A stretch of DNA of 64,000 nucleotides. Source: Hydrurus foetidus (taxonomy: Eukaryota). The stretch is taken from positions 124,001 through 188,000 of the forward strand of contig UYFQ01000852.1 in NCBI GenBank assembly GCA_900617105.1, given 5' to 3'. The notes beneath the pieces are model-generated. The model ran no database searches, was not told the origin of the DNA, and saw nothing but the letters and a program-made list of their open reading frames with translations. Shown piece after piece: positions 47,350-59,439 of the stretch (position 1 is its first letter; the number at the start of each line of letters is the position of its first letter). The position numbers and the translations under genes were made by a program.

Positions 47350-48389
47350 TCGCGGCTCATACCGAACTGATCACCTGGGCCGAGAACCGCTCCATCTCCT
47401 CCTCCTGGGGCGACATCTGCAGCAGGACCAGGTCCAGGCCGGCGGCCTCGAGATTCTTCGATCCGTTCACGGACGGTCTCGGCGTGCCGACGAAACCGGG
47501 GCGCAGGCCGCGGTTGGAGACGCTGTATTCGCGGATCTTCAGCTCGCGCTCCAGCTCGGTGCCACTCAGCCACTGGTCGAGATGGCGAACCCGGCGGGCG
47601 GTGAGGCCTCGGCCAGGCCCGGGATAGTCGTGATCCGCTCCAGCTCGCGGTCGGCCTCTTCCTGCGTGTCACGGACGATCGCATAGCCGGCCATGCCGTA
47701 TTGCATCGGCGGCAGGCCGAACGCCTCGCGCCGCGCCTTCATGTCGGCGACCCTGGCGGCGATATGCTCGGGCTGTCGCCATGCATGACATAGGCGTCGC
47801 AGTGGCGGGCGATCAGGGTCTTGGCGGCTTCGGACTCGCCCCGCATAGATCACCGGGCGCGGGCGCTCGGGCGTGGCGGTCGGCAGGCTCCACGATGGCG
47901 TCGCTCAGGGTGTAGTACCGGCCTTCGAAATCGACCCGCTTCTCGGTCCACAGGCGCGACAGGACGGTCAGCCACTCGGCCGTCCGGCCGTAGCGGTCGT
48001 CATGCTGGTCGAACTGCAGGCCATAGGATTCCGCCTCCCTGGCCCACCAGGACGAGACGACGTTCAGGGCCAGCCGGCCGTTCGAGATCCGGTCGATATT
48101 GGCCGCCTTCTTGGCGAACAGCGCGGCTGGTGAAAGTTCGGGCGCACCGCCACCATCAGCTCGATCGTCTCGGTCACCGCCGCCAGCGCCGCCGCCGTCG
48201 ACCAGGCGTCCAGCGCCGGGGCCTCATTCCTTTGATATCGTTGAGGTTCAGCTCGGCGATCAGGGTCAGGTCATAGCCCAGGGCCTCCGACCGCCTGACC
48301 AGCCGCGAGGCGTTTTCCCAGGAGGCCTCGCGCTCGTCGGCGACGTTGCGCAGCCAGCCGCCGAACGGGGCCCAGTATCCATACCTCAT
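47350..48389 (-). CDS. LLM-class flavin-dependent monooxygenase (SfnG/SsuD-like)
   Basis: MRYGYW.P.FGGWLRNV...LGYDLTLIAELNLNDIKG...GRLALNVVSSWW...IYAGGES...LDLVLLQMSPQ. Confidence 0.85.
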
Positions 48390-49312
48390 GCGCGCTTCGC
48401 CTTCTCTTCCGCCACGATGCCCTTGAGCCAGTCGACCAGATCGTCGTGCGGGTCGAAACCAACACTCGACCGGTCTGGCCACGAAGTTCGACAGTCCGTT
48501 GATGTCGTAGAAGAGCGCTGCCGTCCCGGTCGTCGATCAGATATTCGACCCCGCCCACCTCGAGTTCGCCCGCGACGGCCAGCCGTTCGACCGCCGCGAT
48601 GATCTCCGGCGGCGGGGTGGCCTTCGTCATCGTCAGGGCCGGCGCACCGGGCCGCACCAGACAGGCGTCCGCAGGGCAGAGGTCGAAGGCGTCGCCCGGC
48701 TCTCGATGTCGATGGCATAGAGGTATTTGCCGGCCAGGGTCTCGACGGGTGATCTTCCCGTCCCGGCGCGGGGCGTATTCCTGGACCAGCGAGATGCCGT
48801 TGACGCCGACCGGGCACCATTTTTCGCCCGCTGCCTCGGCGAGTTTTCAGGCGTCTCGTAGCGGGTGATTCCGGCCCCGGCCCCGCCGATGTCCGCCTTG
48901 ACCAGCACGGAAACCGCAGGCCCCCGGCGGCCGCAGGGATGTCCGCCTGGCGGTGGGCGACGCGGGTCGCCGGTCCCATGAACCCCAGGCGCGCGATCAA
49001 CGACATCTGCCGCGCCTTGGAGGTGTCGATGTTCAGGGCCGAGGCGTTGACCACCCGCGTCCCCTGCCCCTGCCAGTGGTCGAACAGGCTCTGGGCATAG
49101 AAGATCGGGTGTTCCGGATCGCGCAGGAACGACGACATGGCCACGCGGCTGAACACCACGGTCGCGGGCGCGGGGCTGGCGGCCGGATCGAAGGTGCTGC
49201 CCGCCAGCGGCATCACATAGGTGACGCCGTGCCGGTCCAGGGCCGCGAACAGCAGCTCGAACCAGTCGGGATGCTCATAGACGATGGCCAGATCGGGCAG
49301 GGCTGCGGTCAT
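48386..49312 (-). CDS. RimK/glutathione synthetase-like ATP-grasp ligase
   Basis: IVYEHPDWF...VFSRVAMS...VKADIGGAGAGI...LVQEY...VGGVEYLID...YDINGLSNFV. Confidence 0.8.
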   Translation of the reverse strand: MTAALPDLAIVYEHPDWFELLFAALDRHGVTYVMPLAGSTFDPAASPAPATVVFSRVAMSSFLRDPEHPIFYAQSLFDHWQGQGTRVVNASALNIDTSKARQMSLIARLGFMGPATRVAHRQADIPAAAGGLRFPCWSRRTSAGPGPESPATRRLKTRRGSGRKMVPGRRQRHLAGPGIRPAPGREDHPSRPWPANTSMPSTSRAGRRLRPLPCGRLSGAARCAGPDDDEGHPAAGDHRGGRTAGRRGRTRGGRGRISDRRPGRQRSSTTSTDCRTSWPDRSSVGFDPHDDLVDWLKGIVAEEKAKRA

Positions 49313-49410
49313 GAGGGGCCAGATGCGTTACACCACGCTGGAACGCAAGGGCATCTAAACTTCCCCGCTCACATAGCGCGACACGCGGCCGCCCGTTATG
49401 GAGTGCGTGC

Positions 49411-49494
49411 GGGCCTGTGGTGGAATGGTAGACGCGCCGGACTCAAAATCCGGTTCCGAGAGGAGTGTCGGTTCGGGGTCGACCGGGGGCACCA
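49411..49494 (+). tRNA. tRNA-Leu(CAA)
   Basis: TGGTGGAATGGTAGACGCG-CCGGA-CTCAAAA-TCCGG, long variable arm, GGTTCG, 3' ACCA; the acceptor stem is slightly off, probably from read errors. Confidence 0.9.
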
Positions 49495-49573
49495 CGCGAT
49501 CGGACGGCGACGACCGGGGTCGTGGAACGCAGTCCTTTCCCGAACATTGATGAGCCAGTGAAAGGTTCGTCCC

Positions 49574-49877
49574 ATGATCGCCGTCCTCATCGCCCTCGCC
49601 CTGTCCGCCAGCCCGGTGTCGAAACGACGGCCGACCGTCTCGTCGGGCCGCGCGTCCAGCCGGTCTCGATGGTCGCAGGTCGGCCCCGGTGCTCGCGGGC
49701 GTGGCCGTGACACTGGAATGCACGGCACACACGGACGGCAAGGTCGATGGCTGCACGGTCCTGGGCGAAACGCACCCTGGCCTGGGGTTCAGGGCCGCCA
49801 TCCCCTGATGAACGGCAGCGAGGTCGCCCCCGGCCCACGCGATGTGCAGTTCGCCCGGACCATCAGTTCACGCCTGA
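49574..49877 (+). CDS. Small secreted TonB_C-like protein
   Basis: MIAVLIALALSA...VTLECTAHTDGKVDGCTVLGETHPGLGF. Confidence 0.45.
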
Positions 49878-49954
49878 TCGATCGCCGCTCCATCTCGCAA
49901 TGCGAAAAGTGAGCGCGCCAAAGGGTTGCGGCGCTGTTCCCGTATCTGGTGCCC

Positions 49955-51186
49955 ATGACCCAGCCTGATGTCGCGCTGCCCAGAGAGGGCGGGTTTCCCG
50001 AGTTCGTCTGCATGATCGCCTGATGATGGCGCTGAATGCGCTGGCGATCGACTTCATGCTGCCGGCCCTGCCCCAGATCGGCGACGCGCTGGGTGTCAAT
50101 GCCAACAACCGGCAGTGGGTCATCACGTCGTATCTGCTGGGCTTCGGCGCGCTGCAGATCGTCTACGGGCCGCTGGCGGACCGGTACGGCCGCAAGCCGG
50201 TCATCATGATCGGCGTCGGCATCTATGTGCTGTTCAGCTTCGTCGCCATGCTGGCCCCTCGTTCGAGACCCTGATCCTGGCCCGGATCGGTCAGGGCATG
50301 GGCTCGGCCGCCACGAGTGCTGGCCGTCTCGATCGTGCGCGACCGCTATTCCGGACGGACCATGGCGCGCGTGATGAGCCTGAGCTTGCTCGTCTTCCTG
50401 GGTGCCGATCATCCCCGTCGCTGGGCCAGGCGATCCTTCTGGTCGCGCCGTGGAGGCGATCTTCGGCGTCCTGGCCTTCGCCGGGATCGCGCTGATGGTG
50501 TGGACCGGACTGCGCCTGCCCGAGACCCTGGCCCCGCCGATCGCCAGCCGATCGGGCCGGGCGTATCATCGGCGCATTCAGGGAGGCGCTGACCAACCGC
50601 ATCTCCATCGGCTACACCCTGGCCATGACGGCGATCACGGGGGCCCTGTTCGGCTTCATCAACTCGTCCCAGCAGATCTTCTTCGACGTCTTCCACGCGC
50701 CCGGACTGTTCACGACCGTCTTCGCCTGCATCGCCGGCGGCATCGCCGTGGCCTCCATCGTCAATGCGAGGCTGGTCGAGCGTCTGGGGTCGCGCCTGAT
50801 CGGCCATACGGCGCTGCTGGGCTTCATCGCCTTCGGAGCGCTGCACATGCTGGTGACCCTCAGCGGCCACGAGACGATCTGGACGTTCGGCATCCTGCAG
50901 GCCTGCACAATGTTCTGCTTCGGCCTGCTGGCCGGGATTTCGGGTCGATGGCGATGGAGCCGATGGGCCATATCGCCGGCACGGCGTCGTCTGCCCAGGG
51001 CTTCATCTCGACCATCATCGGCTCCTGACTGGCTTCCTGATCGGCCAGCAGTTCGACGGCAGCGTCGTGCCGATGACGGTGGGCATCACCGCATGCGGCG
51101 TCGCGGCCCTGCTGTGCGTGCTCTATGCCGAGCGGGGCAGGCTGTTCGTGGCGCGCAATCCGCAGCCGGTGGCCGCCGCCTCTTGA
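49955..51186 (+). CDS. Bcr/CflA family multidrug MFS transporter
   Basis: LAIDFMLPALPQI, YGPLADRYGRKPV, RIGQG, IVRDRYSG, LPETL. Confidence 0.9.
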
Positions 51187-51240
51187 TCTTTGAGGCTTTA
51201 GGGGCTCCCTCCGGGCCGCACTGTTCCCGGAGTTCGCCTG

Positions 51241-53182
51241 ATGTCCCGCGCCCGCCTGATCGGCATGGTTTCCATGATCGCCGTCGCCACCGCCCTGAAG
51301 CCTGCGCCGGAAACGATCCGAAGTCCGACATGCCGCCCCTGCCCGCCACCGCCACGGCGCCCGTGACCTATAGGCGGGACATCCATTCCCTATGCCCAGC
51401 CGCAGATCGCACGGGTCAAACATGTCGCGCTCGATCTGACCGCCGACTTCGGGACGAGGACGCTCACCGGGACAGCCACGCTGGACGTGACCGGACAGAC
51501 CGGCGCAACCCGGGTCATCCTGGACATGCGCAATCTCGAGATCCGCTCGGTCGCCGACGACAGGGGCAACCCGCTGCAGTTCACCATCGGGGCCGAGGAT
51601 CCGATTTTGGGTCAGGCCCCTGACCGTCACCGTGCCCGCCTTCGAGGAGGGTGCGGTCCAGAAGCGTCGTCGTCGGCTATGCGACCCGGCCCGACGCCGC
51701 CGCCCTGCAATGGCTGACCCGGCCCAGACGGCGGGCGGTGCGCAGCCGTTTCTGTTTTCGCAAGGCCAGGCCATCCTTACCCGCACCTGGGTCCCGACCC
51801 AGGACAGCCCCGGCATCCGCCAGACCTGGTCCGCCCGCATCACGGTGCCCGAGGCCTGAAGGCCGTCATGTCGGCCGAGATGCTGACCCCGACGGCGAGA
51901 AGGCGGGCGACGATGCGCCGAAGGCAGCCACACCTACCGTTTCCGCAGACCAATCCGGTCCCGCCCTATCTGATCGCCCTGGCGGTCGGGGACCTGGCCT
52001 TTGCGTCCGAGGGCGAGGCGCGTCGGCGTCTGGACCGAGCCCGGCCGCCTCGACGCCGCCAAGGCCGAGTTCGCCGAGATGGGCCAGTTCGTCGATGCGG
52101 CCGAGGCGCTGTACGGCCCCTATCGCTGGGGCCGCTACGACCTGCTGATCCTGCCGCCGTCCTTTCCGTTCGGCGGGATGGAGAATCCGCGCCTGACCTT
52201 CGCCACCCGACCGTGGTGGCGGGCGACAAGTCGCTCGTCAGCCTGGTGGCGCACGAGCTGGCGCACTCCTGGTCGGCAATCTGGTGACCAACGCGACCTG
52301 GGCCGACATCTGGCTGAACGAGGGGACCACCACTATTTCGAGAACCGGATCATGGAGGCGTCTACGGTGCGATCGCGCCCTGATGCTCCAGGGTGCTCGG
52401 CTGGGCCGACCTGCAGTCCGCCCTGGCCGAATGCCCGCCGCCGACACCCGCCTGCACGTCGACCTGGCCGGCGCGATCCGGACGCGGCCTGAACGACATT
52501 CCCTATGAGAAGGGGGCCGCCTTCCCGCGCACCATCGAGCGGATCGTCGGGCGCGAGACTTCGACGCCTGGCTGAAGGGCTATTTCGAGCGCCACGCCTT
52601 CCAGCCCATGACGGCGGCGGGTTCCTGGCCGACATCCGCGCCAACTGGTCAAAGGCGACGCAGGCCTGGAACAGCAGCTGCAGCTGGACGCCTGGGTCTA
52701 TCAGCCCGGCCTGCCGTCCAATGCGGTCGCGCCGGTATCGACCGCGCTCACGGCCGTCGACGGGCGGCTAAGGCTTTCGCCGACAAGCCGGCCTCGGCCA
52801 TCCCGTGGGCCAGGTGATCGACGCAGGAGCGCCAGCATTTCTGAACTGGCGCCCGAGGGTCCGGCGACCGGACGCGACTGGCTGACGTCGGCGCAGCTGG
52901 CCGATCTGGAGGCGACCCTGAACCTGCGCGCCGAGGGCAATGCCGAGGTGCTGTTCAGCTGGCTGCAGATCGCGGTGGCGCATCGCTATCAGCCCGCCGT
53001 GCGACGCTGGAACGGTTCCTGACCTCGCAGGGACGCCGCAAATTCGTCCTGCCCTGTTCACCGCCCTTTGGGCCGAAGGCGACTGGGGCCGCCCGATCGC
53101 AACGCGGATCTATGCCGCGCGCCCGGGCTGTCGCGGTCACGACCGGATCGGTGGACGTGTGGTCGGGGTTCCGGGCAGCTGA
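51241..53182 (+). CDS. M1 family aminopeptidase (leukotriene A4 hydrolase-like)
   Basis: [44 protein letters not shown]. Confidence 0.9.
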
Positions 53183-53350
53183 TCTGCCCTCTCCCCTGCG
53201 GGAGAGGCCGCGCACGGCAGCGTGGCCGTCGTCCTGGCGCGGTCGGGTGAGGTCACGACGGAGCGATCGGCCTGCGACCAGCGGAGCCTTGACGCGCCGG
53301 GCCGGGCGCAGTCGAACACGAGGTCCGATCTCCGCCAGCCCCGGTGTCCC

Positions 53351-54980
53351 ATGCTTCGCGCCTTCCTGACCACGGCCGCCTTAGCGCCTCGCCCTGCCGG
53401 CCCAGGCCCAGGACCTGGTCATCCCGGGCGGTACGATCCATACCGGGGTCGAGGCGTCGCCCACGGCCGAGGTGGTCATCGCGCGGACCGGACGCATCGC
53501 CTATGCCGGACCGGCGGCCGACGCGCCCTCGACCGAGGGCCTGCCGGTCATCGACCTGAGGGCGCGACCCTGTTCCCCGGCTTCACCGACGGCCATGCCC
53601 ATCTGGACGGCATCGGCTGGCGCAGCTGACCCTGAACCTTGAGGGTCCAGCTCGGTCGTGGACGCCATGGCCCGGCTGACGGCCTGGGCCCGGACTCACC
53701 TGAGGGCGTCATCGTCGGGCGCGGCTGGATCGAGACGCCGCTGGCCCAGCGCCAGCAGCCCGCTTCCTGACCGCCGCCGATCTCGACGCGGCCGCCCCGG
53801 GCCGGATCGTCCTGTTGCAACGCGCGGACGGTCACGCCTCGGTGGCCTCCACCCTCGCCCTGGAACGGCTGGGCATCACGGCGCAGACGCAGCATGCCGT
53901 TCGGCGGCGAGATCCTGAAGGGCCCGGACGGACGACCGACCGGGCTGTTCGTCGATGCCGCCGAGCAGTTGCTGGCCCCTGATGCCCCAGGCCGATCCGG
54001 AGCAGACGCGTCAGGCCTACCGCGCCGGGTTCCGCGTCGAGGCCGCCTATGGCTGGACCGGGGTGCATTTCATGAGCGCGCCGTGGCGGACATTCCCCTG
54101 CTGGAATCCATGGCCGAGGCCGGTGAGGCCCCTTGCGGATCTACAACAGTGTCACGCCCGACGGGCCCAGGCCCTGTTGGGCCGCGCGCCAGACGCCGGA
54201 CGGCGGATCATCACCCGGGCGGTCAAATATTATGCCGACGGGGCGCTGGGGTCGCGAGGGGCCGCGCTGTTCTCCCCTATTCGGACGCCCGGAGACGACC
54301 GGACTGATCCAGATCACGACCGACCAGATCGTGCCGCTGTATGAACAGGCGCTGCGCTCCGGCATCCAGATCGCCACCCATGCCATCGGCGATCGCGCAA
54401 TGCCTCGGTGGCCGAATGGTATGCCACCACACTGACGCGGTGCCCGCGTGAGCGACCCAACGGGATCGACGTTCGCCTGCGGATCGAACATGCCCAGATC
54501 CTGCGGCCCTCCGACTATCACTGGTTCAGGACCTGCCGTCATCGCCTCGATGCAGCCCAGCCACGCCATCGGCGACCTTTATTTCGCCCCGCGCGGCTCG
54601 GCGACGCCCGGCTGGACGGTGCCCATGCCTGGCACAGTCTGGTCGACCTGGGGGTCATCGTGGTCGGCGGGTCCGACGCGCCGGTCGAGCGGGGCGATCC
54701 CTGATCGAATCTATGCGCCGTCGCGCGGCGATCTGGAAGGCGTACAGGGCCCGGACTGGCGGCCGAACGAGGCGGTGGACCGCGCCACCGCGCTGAAGAT
54801 GTTCACCCTTTGGCCCGCCTATGCGTCGTTCCGCGAGGATGAACTGGCACCATCGAGGTCGGCAAACGCGCGACTTCACCGCCTTCGATATCGACCTGAT
54901 GACCGTCCCGGAAGCCGAGATCCCGGGGCCGTGCCGTGCTGACCGTCGTCGACGGCCGCGTCGCCTACAGGGCCGACTGA
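53351..54980 (+). CDS. Amidohydrolase 3 family protein
   Basis: FPGFTDGHAH, RADGHAS, VKYYADGALGSRGA, THAIGD, RIEHAQ, GSDAPVE. Confidence 0.9.
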
Positions 54981-54985
54981 AAAGG

Positions 54986-55009
54986 GCTGCCCCTCTGTCG
55001 AGGGGCGGC
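54986..55009. terminator. GC-rich hairpin between convergent genes
   Basis: GCTGCCCCTC-TGTC-GAGGGGCGGC. Confidence 0.5.
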
Positions 55010-55032
55010 CCGATCCGTAGACGAGACGAACT

Positions 55033-57653
55033 CTAGAAGCGGGCGGTCAGGCTGACCGAGGCGCTGCGGCCCAGCTCGTACTTGTTGACGCTGACCTGCT
55101 GTTTCCGAGTTCCTGGAACTCGTCGTAGTCGGTGCGCAGCAGGTTGCAGCGGTTCAGGGCGAAGCCCAGGTCGTGGCCGGCCGCCGTGAAGTCCTTGCGA
55201 TAGACGAAGTCGAGGAAGACGCCCGGATCCTGGATCAGGTCGGGTTGCCCGCGATGCCCGGGCGGAAACTGCTCGGACACATAGTTGACGATGATCGTCG
55301 CCTGCGACCGGTCGGTGTCGTCTTCCCAGCCCAGTTGCAGGTTGGCGACGTGCTCGGACTGGCCCTGCAGACGGGCACCGTCGGTCAGCAGGTTGGTCGC
55401 GGCTTCCCCGACACCCAGGTTCTGTTCGGTGCGTGATGCGGTCGCCCGTTCCGACCTGGATCTCAGGTCCGAAGGTGTGAGTTGGCCTGCACCAGCCAGC
55501 GCTTGTTGGCGATGAAGGACATGCCGTTGTCGGGGAACTCGAAGTATTTCTTGCCCTCGACTTCCACGCCCATGATCGTGGCGCCCGGCGCGTTCAGGAA
55601 GGTCTGCTGGATGCCTTCACCGCCCTGGATGGCGCTGGTTTCGACCGGGTTGACAGGTCCTTGTAGAACAGACCGCCGGTCAGATACTGCTGACGGGCGA
55701 AATACCATTCCAGCCGGGCGTCGACGTTGATCAGCTGGGTGTCGCGCAGATAGCGGTTACCGATGAAGGTCCGGTCGGACTCGGTGTCGGTATAGGCCTG
55801 GGGGCCAGTTCGCGGAACTGCGGGCGGCCGATGGTCTTGGACGCCCCGACCCGCAGCTGCAGGTCCTCGGCGAAGTTCCAGGTGACCGTGCCGGCCGGCA
55901 GCCAGTAGGACTTCTCGATCGACGACCCGATGGCGCGAGCCGGTGAACTGGTCGACCAGGACCACGTCCTGCTGCGCGTCTTCGTAGCGCCAGCCGGCCG
56001 TGATGTTGACCAGGGGATGATCTCGGCCTCGACCTGGGCATAGGCCGCGTTGACCTGCAGTTCGCCCTCATAGGCCCCGTTGGCGACCGTGTCTTCCGAC
56101 AGGGTGATGTACTGGCCGATGTTGAAGTCGGAGAACAGATAGTCGACACGCGACCCAGCTGGTCGGTGCTGAGGGTCGAGATCGGCGCAGAGCGCAGATC
56201 GCGGCGTTCCGAGCTGCGGTTGTTGTCCGAGGACGCGACGCCGACCGAGAACTTGGCTTCGCGGAAATCCGACAGCGGCAGCGTAGCTGAGGTCCGCCCC
56301 ACCCGAGACAACGTCGTCGTCCAGGGTGCTGAACGAGATGTTCGGGTTGGTTCCGACGTTATGCGACAGATTGCCTGCCGAGTTGCGGCCATAGCCGAAC
56401 TGGTCTCGTACGGCGCGTCGCGGGTCGTCTTCGCATAGGCGGCGCGCCAGTTGAACTCGATCCGGTCTGTCAGCGTGTGCTCGCCGGCCAGCTGGCTGGA
56501 GAACAGTTCGCGCTGGAACCACTCGGTGTTGTCGGTGCGCAGGAAGCCGCTGGAGTCCTGGATGCCCTGCGTCGAGCGAGCCTCCTTGGTCACGTTGCGA
56601 ACGTAGAGGTTGGTCCACTTCAGCGTGTTGAACTCGTTGGTCAGGCTGAAGGCTCCCATTGCGTTCAGCTTGATGTCGTTCTGGTTGAGCGGAAATCGAA
56701 ATCGTCGCCACGACCAGCCGACCGCTGTCGATCCGGCCGGTCTGGCGGACGCCTTCACGGCCGCGCCAGCTGTTGTCATAGCCTGCGACGAGCAGGGCAC
56801 CCAGGGTGCCCAGGCCCGTCTCGGTCGAGGCCCCGTGGTGATGCGCTGCCGTTGACCGGCGTGGTCTCTTCCTGAAGCAGACGCAGCGGGGCGTTCTCCA
56901 GAGACCGGGCGATACGGGCGATTTCGGTGGGGGTGTAGTTGGCGGACACGATGCGCTTGCCCGACCGGAAGGCCAGGCCAGTTCGCCGGGCACTTCACGC
57001 GTGCCGTCGTCGAAGCCGAGGAAGTCGGTCCGCGAGCCGTAGTAGATCAGGGCATCCTGACCGGTCGTCTCGGTGTTCCCGCCGATGGAGGCGGTCATGT
57101 TGAAGAACGGCTCGTTGGGCGTGTCGACCGTGTGCAGTCGATGACGCCGCCACCACCCACCGGGGAAGTTGACGGAATAGGTCTTCTGGACGGTCACGCC
57201 TTCCAGGATCTCGGCCGGGAACAGATCCAGCGGTACGACGCTGCAGGGGCTCAGGCGACGGCAGGGGCGAACCGTTCAGCAGGGCGGACGAATACCGCTC
57301 GCCCAGGCCGCGGACATAGATGAAGCGTCCCTCGACGATCGACAGGCCGGTGACCCGGGTCAGGGCTTCGGCGGCATTGGCATCGCCGGTGCGGGCCAGG
57401 TCTTCCGACGTCAGGAAGGCGGCGACTTCCGGGCTCTGGCGGTTCGGCTCGGGGATGTAGCGGCCGGGAACGACGATCTCGTCGAGCTGGTTTTCCTGCG
57501 GCTCTTCCGCCTGCGCCTGCTCGGCCGGGGTCTGGGTCGCGGAGCCCGGAGCCTCGACGGGCGTCGGGGTGGATTGAGCGTATGCCAGGCCCGGCGCGAT
57601 CAGCGCGCTGGTGGCCAGCAGAACCCGCTCAGGGTCAGAGTGACGGTCTTCAT
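55033..57653 (-). CDS. TonB-dependent outer membrane receptor
   Basis: Signal peptide, plug (ALTRVTGLSIVEGRFIYVRGLGERYSS...PLDLFP), barrel with SKTIGRPQFRELAP and DARLEWY, C-terminal Phe. Confidence 0.9.
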
Positions 57654-57691
57654 GATCTGCGCCTTGAAGGGGATGTGAAGGGGTAGCGAAA

Positions 57692-57721
57692 CGGGCGGCG
57701 TCCGGTCAGGGACGCCGCCCG
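57692..57721 (-). terminator. Stem-loop between the lipoprotein and TBDR genes
   Basis: 12-bp stem CGGGCGGCGTCC/GGACGCCGCCCG followed by a short T-run on the minus strand. Confidence 0.65.
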
Positions 57722-57731
57722 GCCTTCACGA

Positions 57732-59237
57732 TCAGCAGTTGGAGCCGGCTGCGAAGCCGCAGGTCCAGCCGAGGTACCAGGTGTCTGCCGCGTTCCGGAC
57801 GCGCCGATGTAGGTCACAGTCTGGAAGTAGGCGTTGACGGCCGGGCGTTGGTCACCGTGACGGCGGTTTCGTTCGCGCCGTTGATGAAGTTCAGGCTCTG
57901 GTTGGTGAGCGTCGCACCGGCGGGGCCGTCAGCGTCGGCGTATAGCCGGCGTTGTTGTTGATGTTGGTGCCCGTGATGAACACCGCAGCCGTGGCGGCCG
58001 CGTTCACGTTGGTGTCGTCTTCGTAGGGACGTGCGCAGGAGAAGACCACCGAGCGGAAGATCGGGTTGTTCGCAACCGTCTGGGCATCGTCGATGTCCAG
58101 GCAGGCGGCGGCTGACGTGGTGGGGTTGGTGAACACCGAGTTGATGATGGTCGGGTTCGTGCCCGTGTTCAGCACGATCAGGCTGTCGGCGGCGACCGCG
58201 GCGTTGCGGCCGACGACGGTCAGGTTGGAGATCTTCGGCCGAGAAATAGGCGGTGCCCGACGGGGCGGCCGACCATTCCAGGCCGCGGCTGCCGAGGTCG
58301 GGATGGTCGGGCGCTGGGTGACGATCGCGAACTGGATGGCACCGCGCCAGCCGGTGTCGGTGTCGATGCCGTCGTCGTCGGCACCCGTGATCACCACGTT
58401 CCTCATGTTGACGGTGCCGCCGAAGATTTCGACGCCGTCATCCGAGTGTAGGATTGCCAGAACTCGATGGTCGTGCCCGACCCGACGCCGGCCAGGGTCA
58501 GCGACTGCAGTTCCACGTTGTTGAACAGCGGGAAGCCCGAATACTTGATCTGGAAATAGCGCATCCGGCCCGAATCGTCGGTCGGGATGTTGCCGCCGTG
58601 CAGGACGTCCGGCGTGCCTTCGGTCACAGCCACGCAGGCCTCGTTCGGCGCGGTCACGCCGGTCGGGCAGTTGGCGATCGGCGCGCGGCCGGCGATCAGG
58701 ACGCCGCCCACTGCTGTTGCGACGAGCTGTTGTTGCGGCCTTCGATGTCGTCCGAGCTGGTGAAGATGATCGGGTTCGTCGCGGTGCCTTCGGCGAAGAT
58801 CTTGGAACCGCGGTTGATCGCCAGATAGTCACCGGCGGCGCGGGCGAAGATCCTGACGCCCGGATCGATCGTCAGCTGGCCGGCAGCACCGCCAGCGGCA
58901 GGCGTGGCCGGGTTGGCACCGGGTCGATGCCGACCTGGGTCTTACCGCTGATGGCATAGATCACGCCCGGAACGACGGACAGTTGCAGGTTGCCGGTGAT
59001 GGTGGGCAGCTGGCAGGCGCGCAGGGTGTTGTTGGCGACGGTGCCGATGTTCACCAGGCCCGTCGGGCGGCTGGTGGCGGGAACGCCGTTGCCGGGTTGC
59101 GGCACAGCAGGGGTGACGGGCGTGACCGGCGCGGTGCCAAAGTCACCCTCGCCGGGCGAGGCCACCTCGGCGGATCCACAGGCGGCCAGCGCCATCACGG
59201 CCGCACCGGCCATCAGTACCTTGGTCAGACGAAGCAT
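57732..59237 (-). CDS. Beta-helix-like extracellular lipoprotein (resembles Caulobacter ElpS by context)
   Basis: ALAAC lipobox; AEGTATNPIIFTS, GGVLIAGRAP, DDSGRMRY, SDDGVEIFGGTVN, DDDGIDTDTGWRG; Pho-box-like promoter; flanked by a TBDR and gspK. Confidence 0.7.
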
Positions 59238-59322
59238 CGGGCATTCCTCGCGTTAAATTGCGGGCCGCCACGCGTCGAACGACACAGTACCAGCAACCCC
59301 GACGGCGGCTTTAAGGCCCTTT

Positions 59323-59412
59323 GCGATGGGTCGGTGACAGAAAATCGACGGAATATTACAAATCATCCTGGCCGGATGGAAAGAAACAAGATCAGTCACA
59401 CAGTTGTCGCGA
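59323..59412. promoter_or_regulatory. Pho-box-like 11-bp-periodic repeats
   Basis: Minus strand TGTAAT/CGTCGA/TGTCAC/CATCGC at 10-11-11 spacing; plus strand GTCAC (59395) and GTCGC (59406) 11 bp apart. Confidence 0.6.
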
Positions 59413-59439
59413 CAAGGTCTCAAACAACGCGGAACCCGT

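Noticed and set aside
49411..49570. Island integrated at tRNA-Leu
   Set aside because: No IHF-like motif, junction motif, integrase or duplicated tRNA end, and the flanking genes look core-like.
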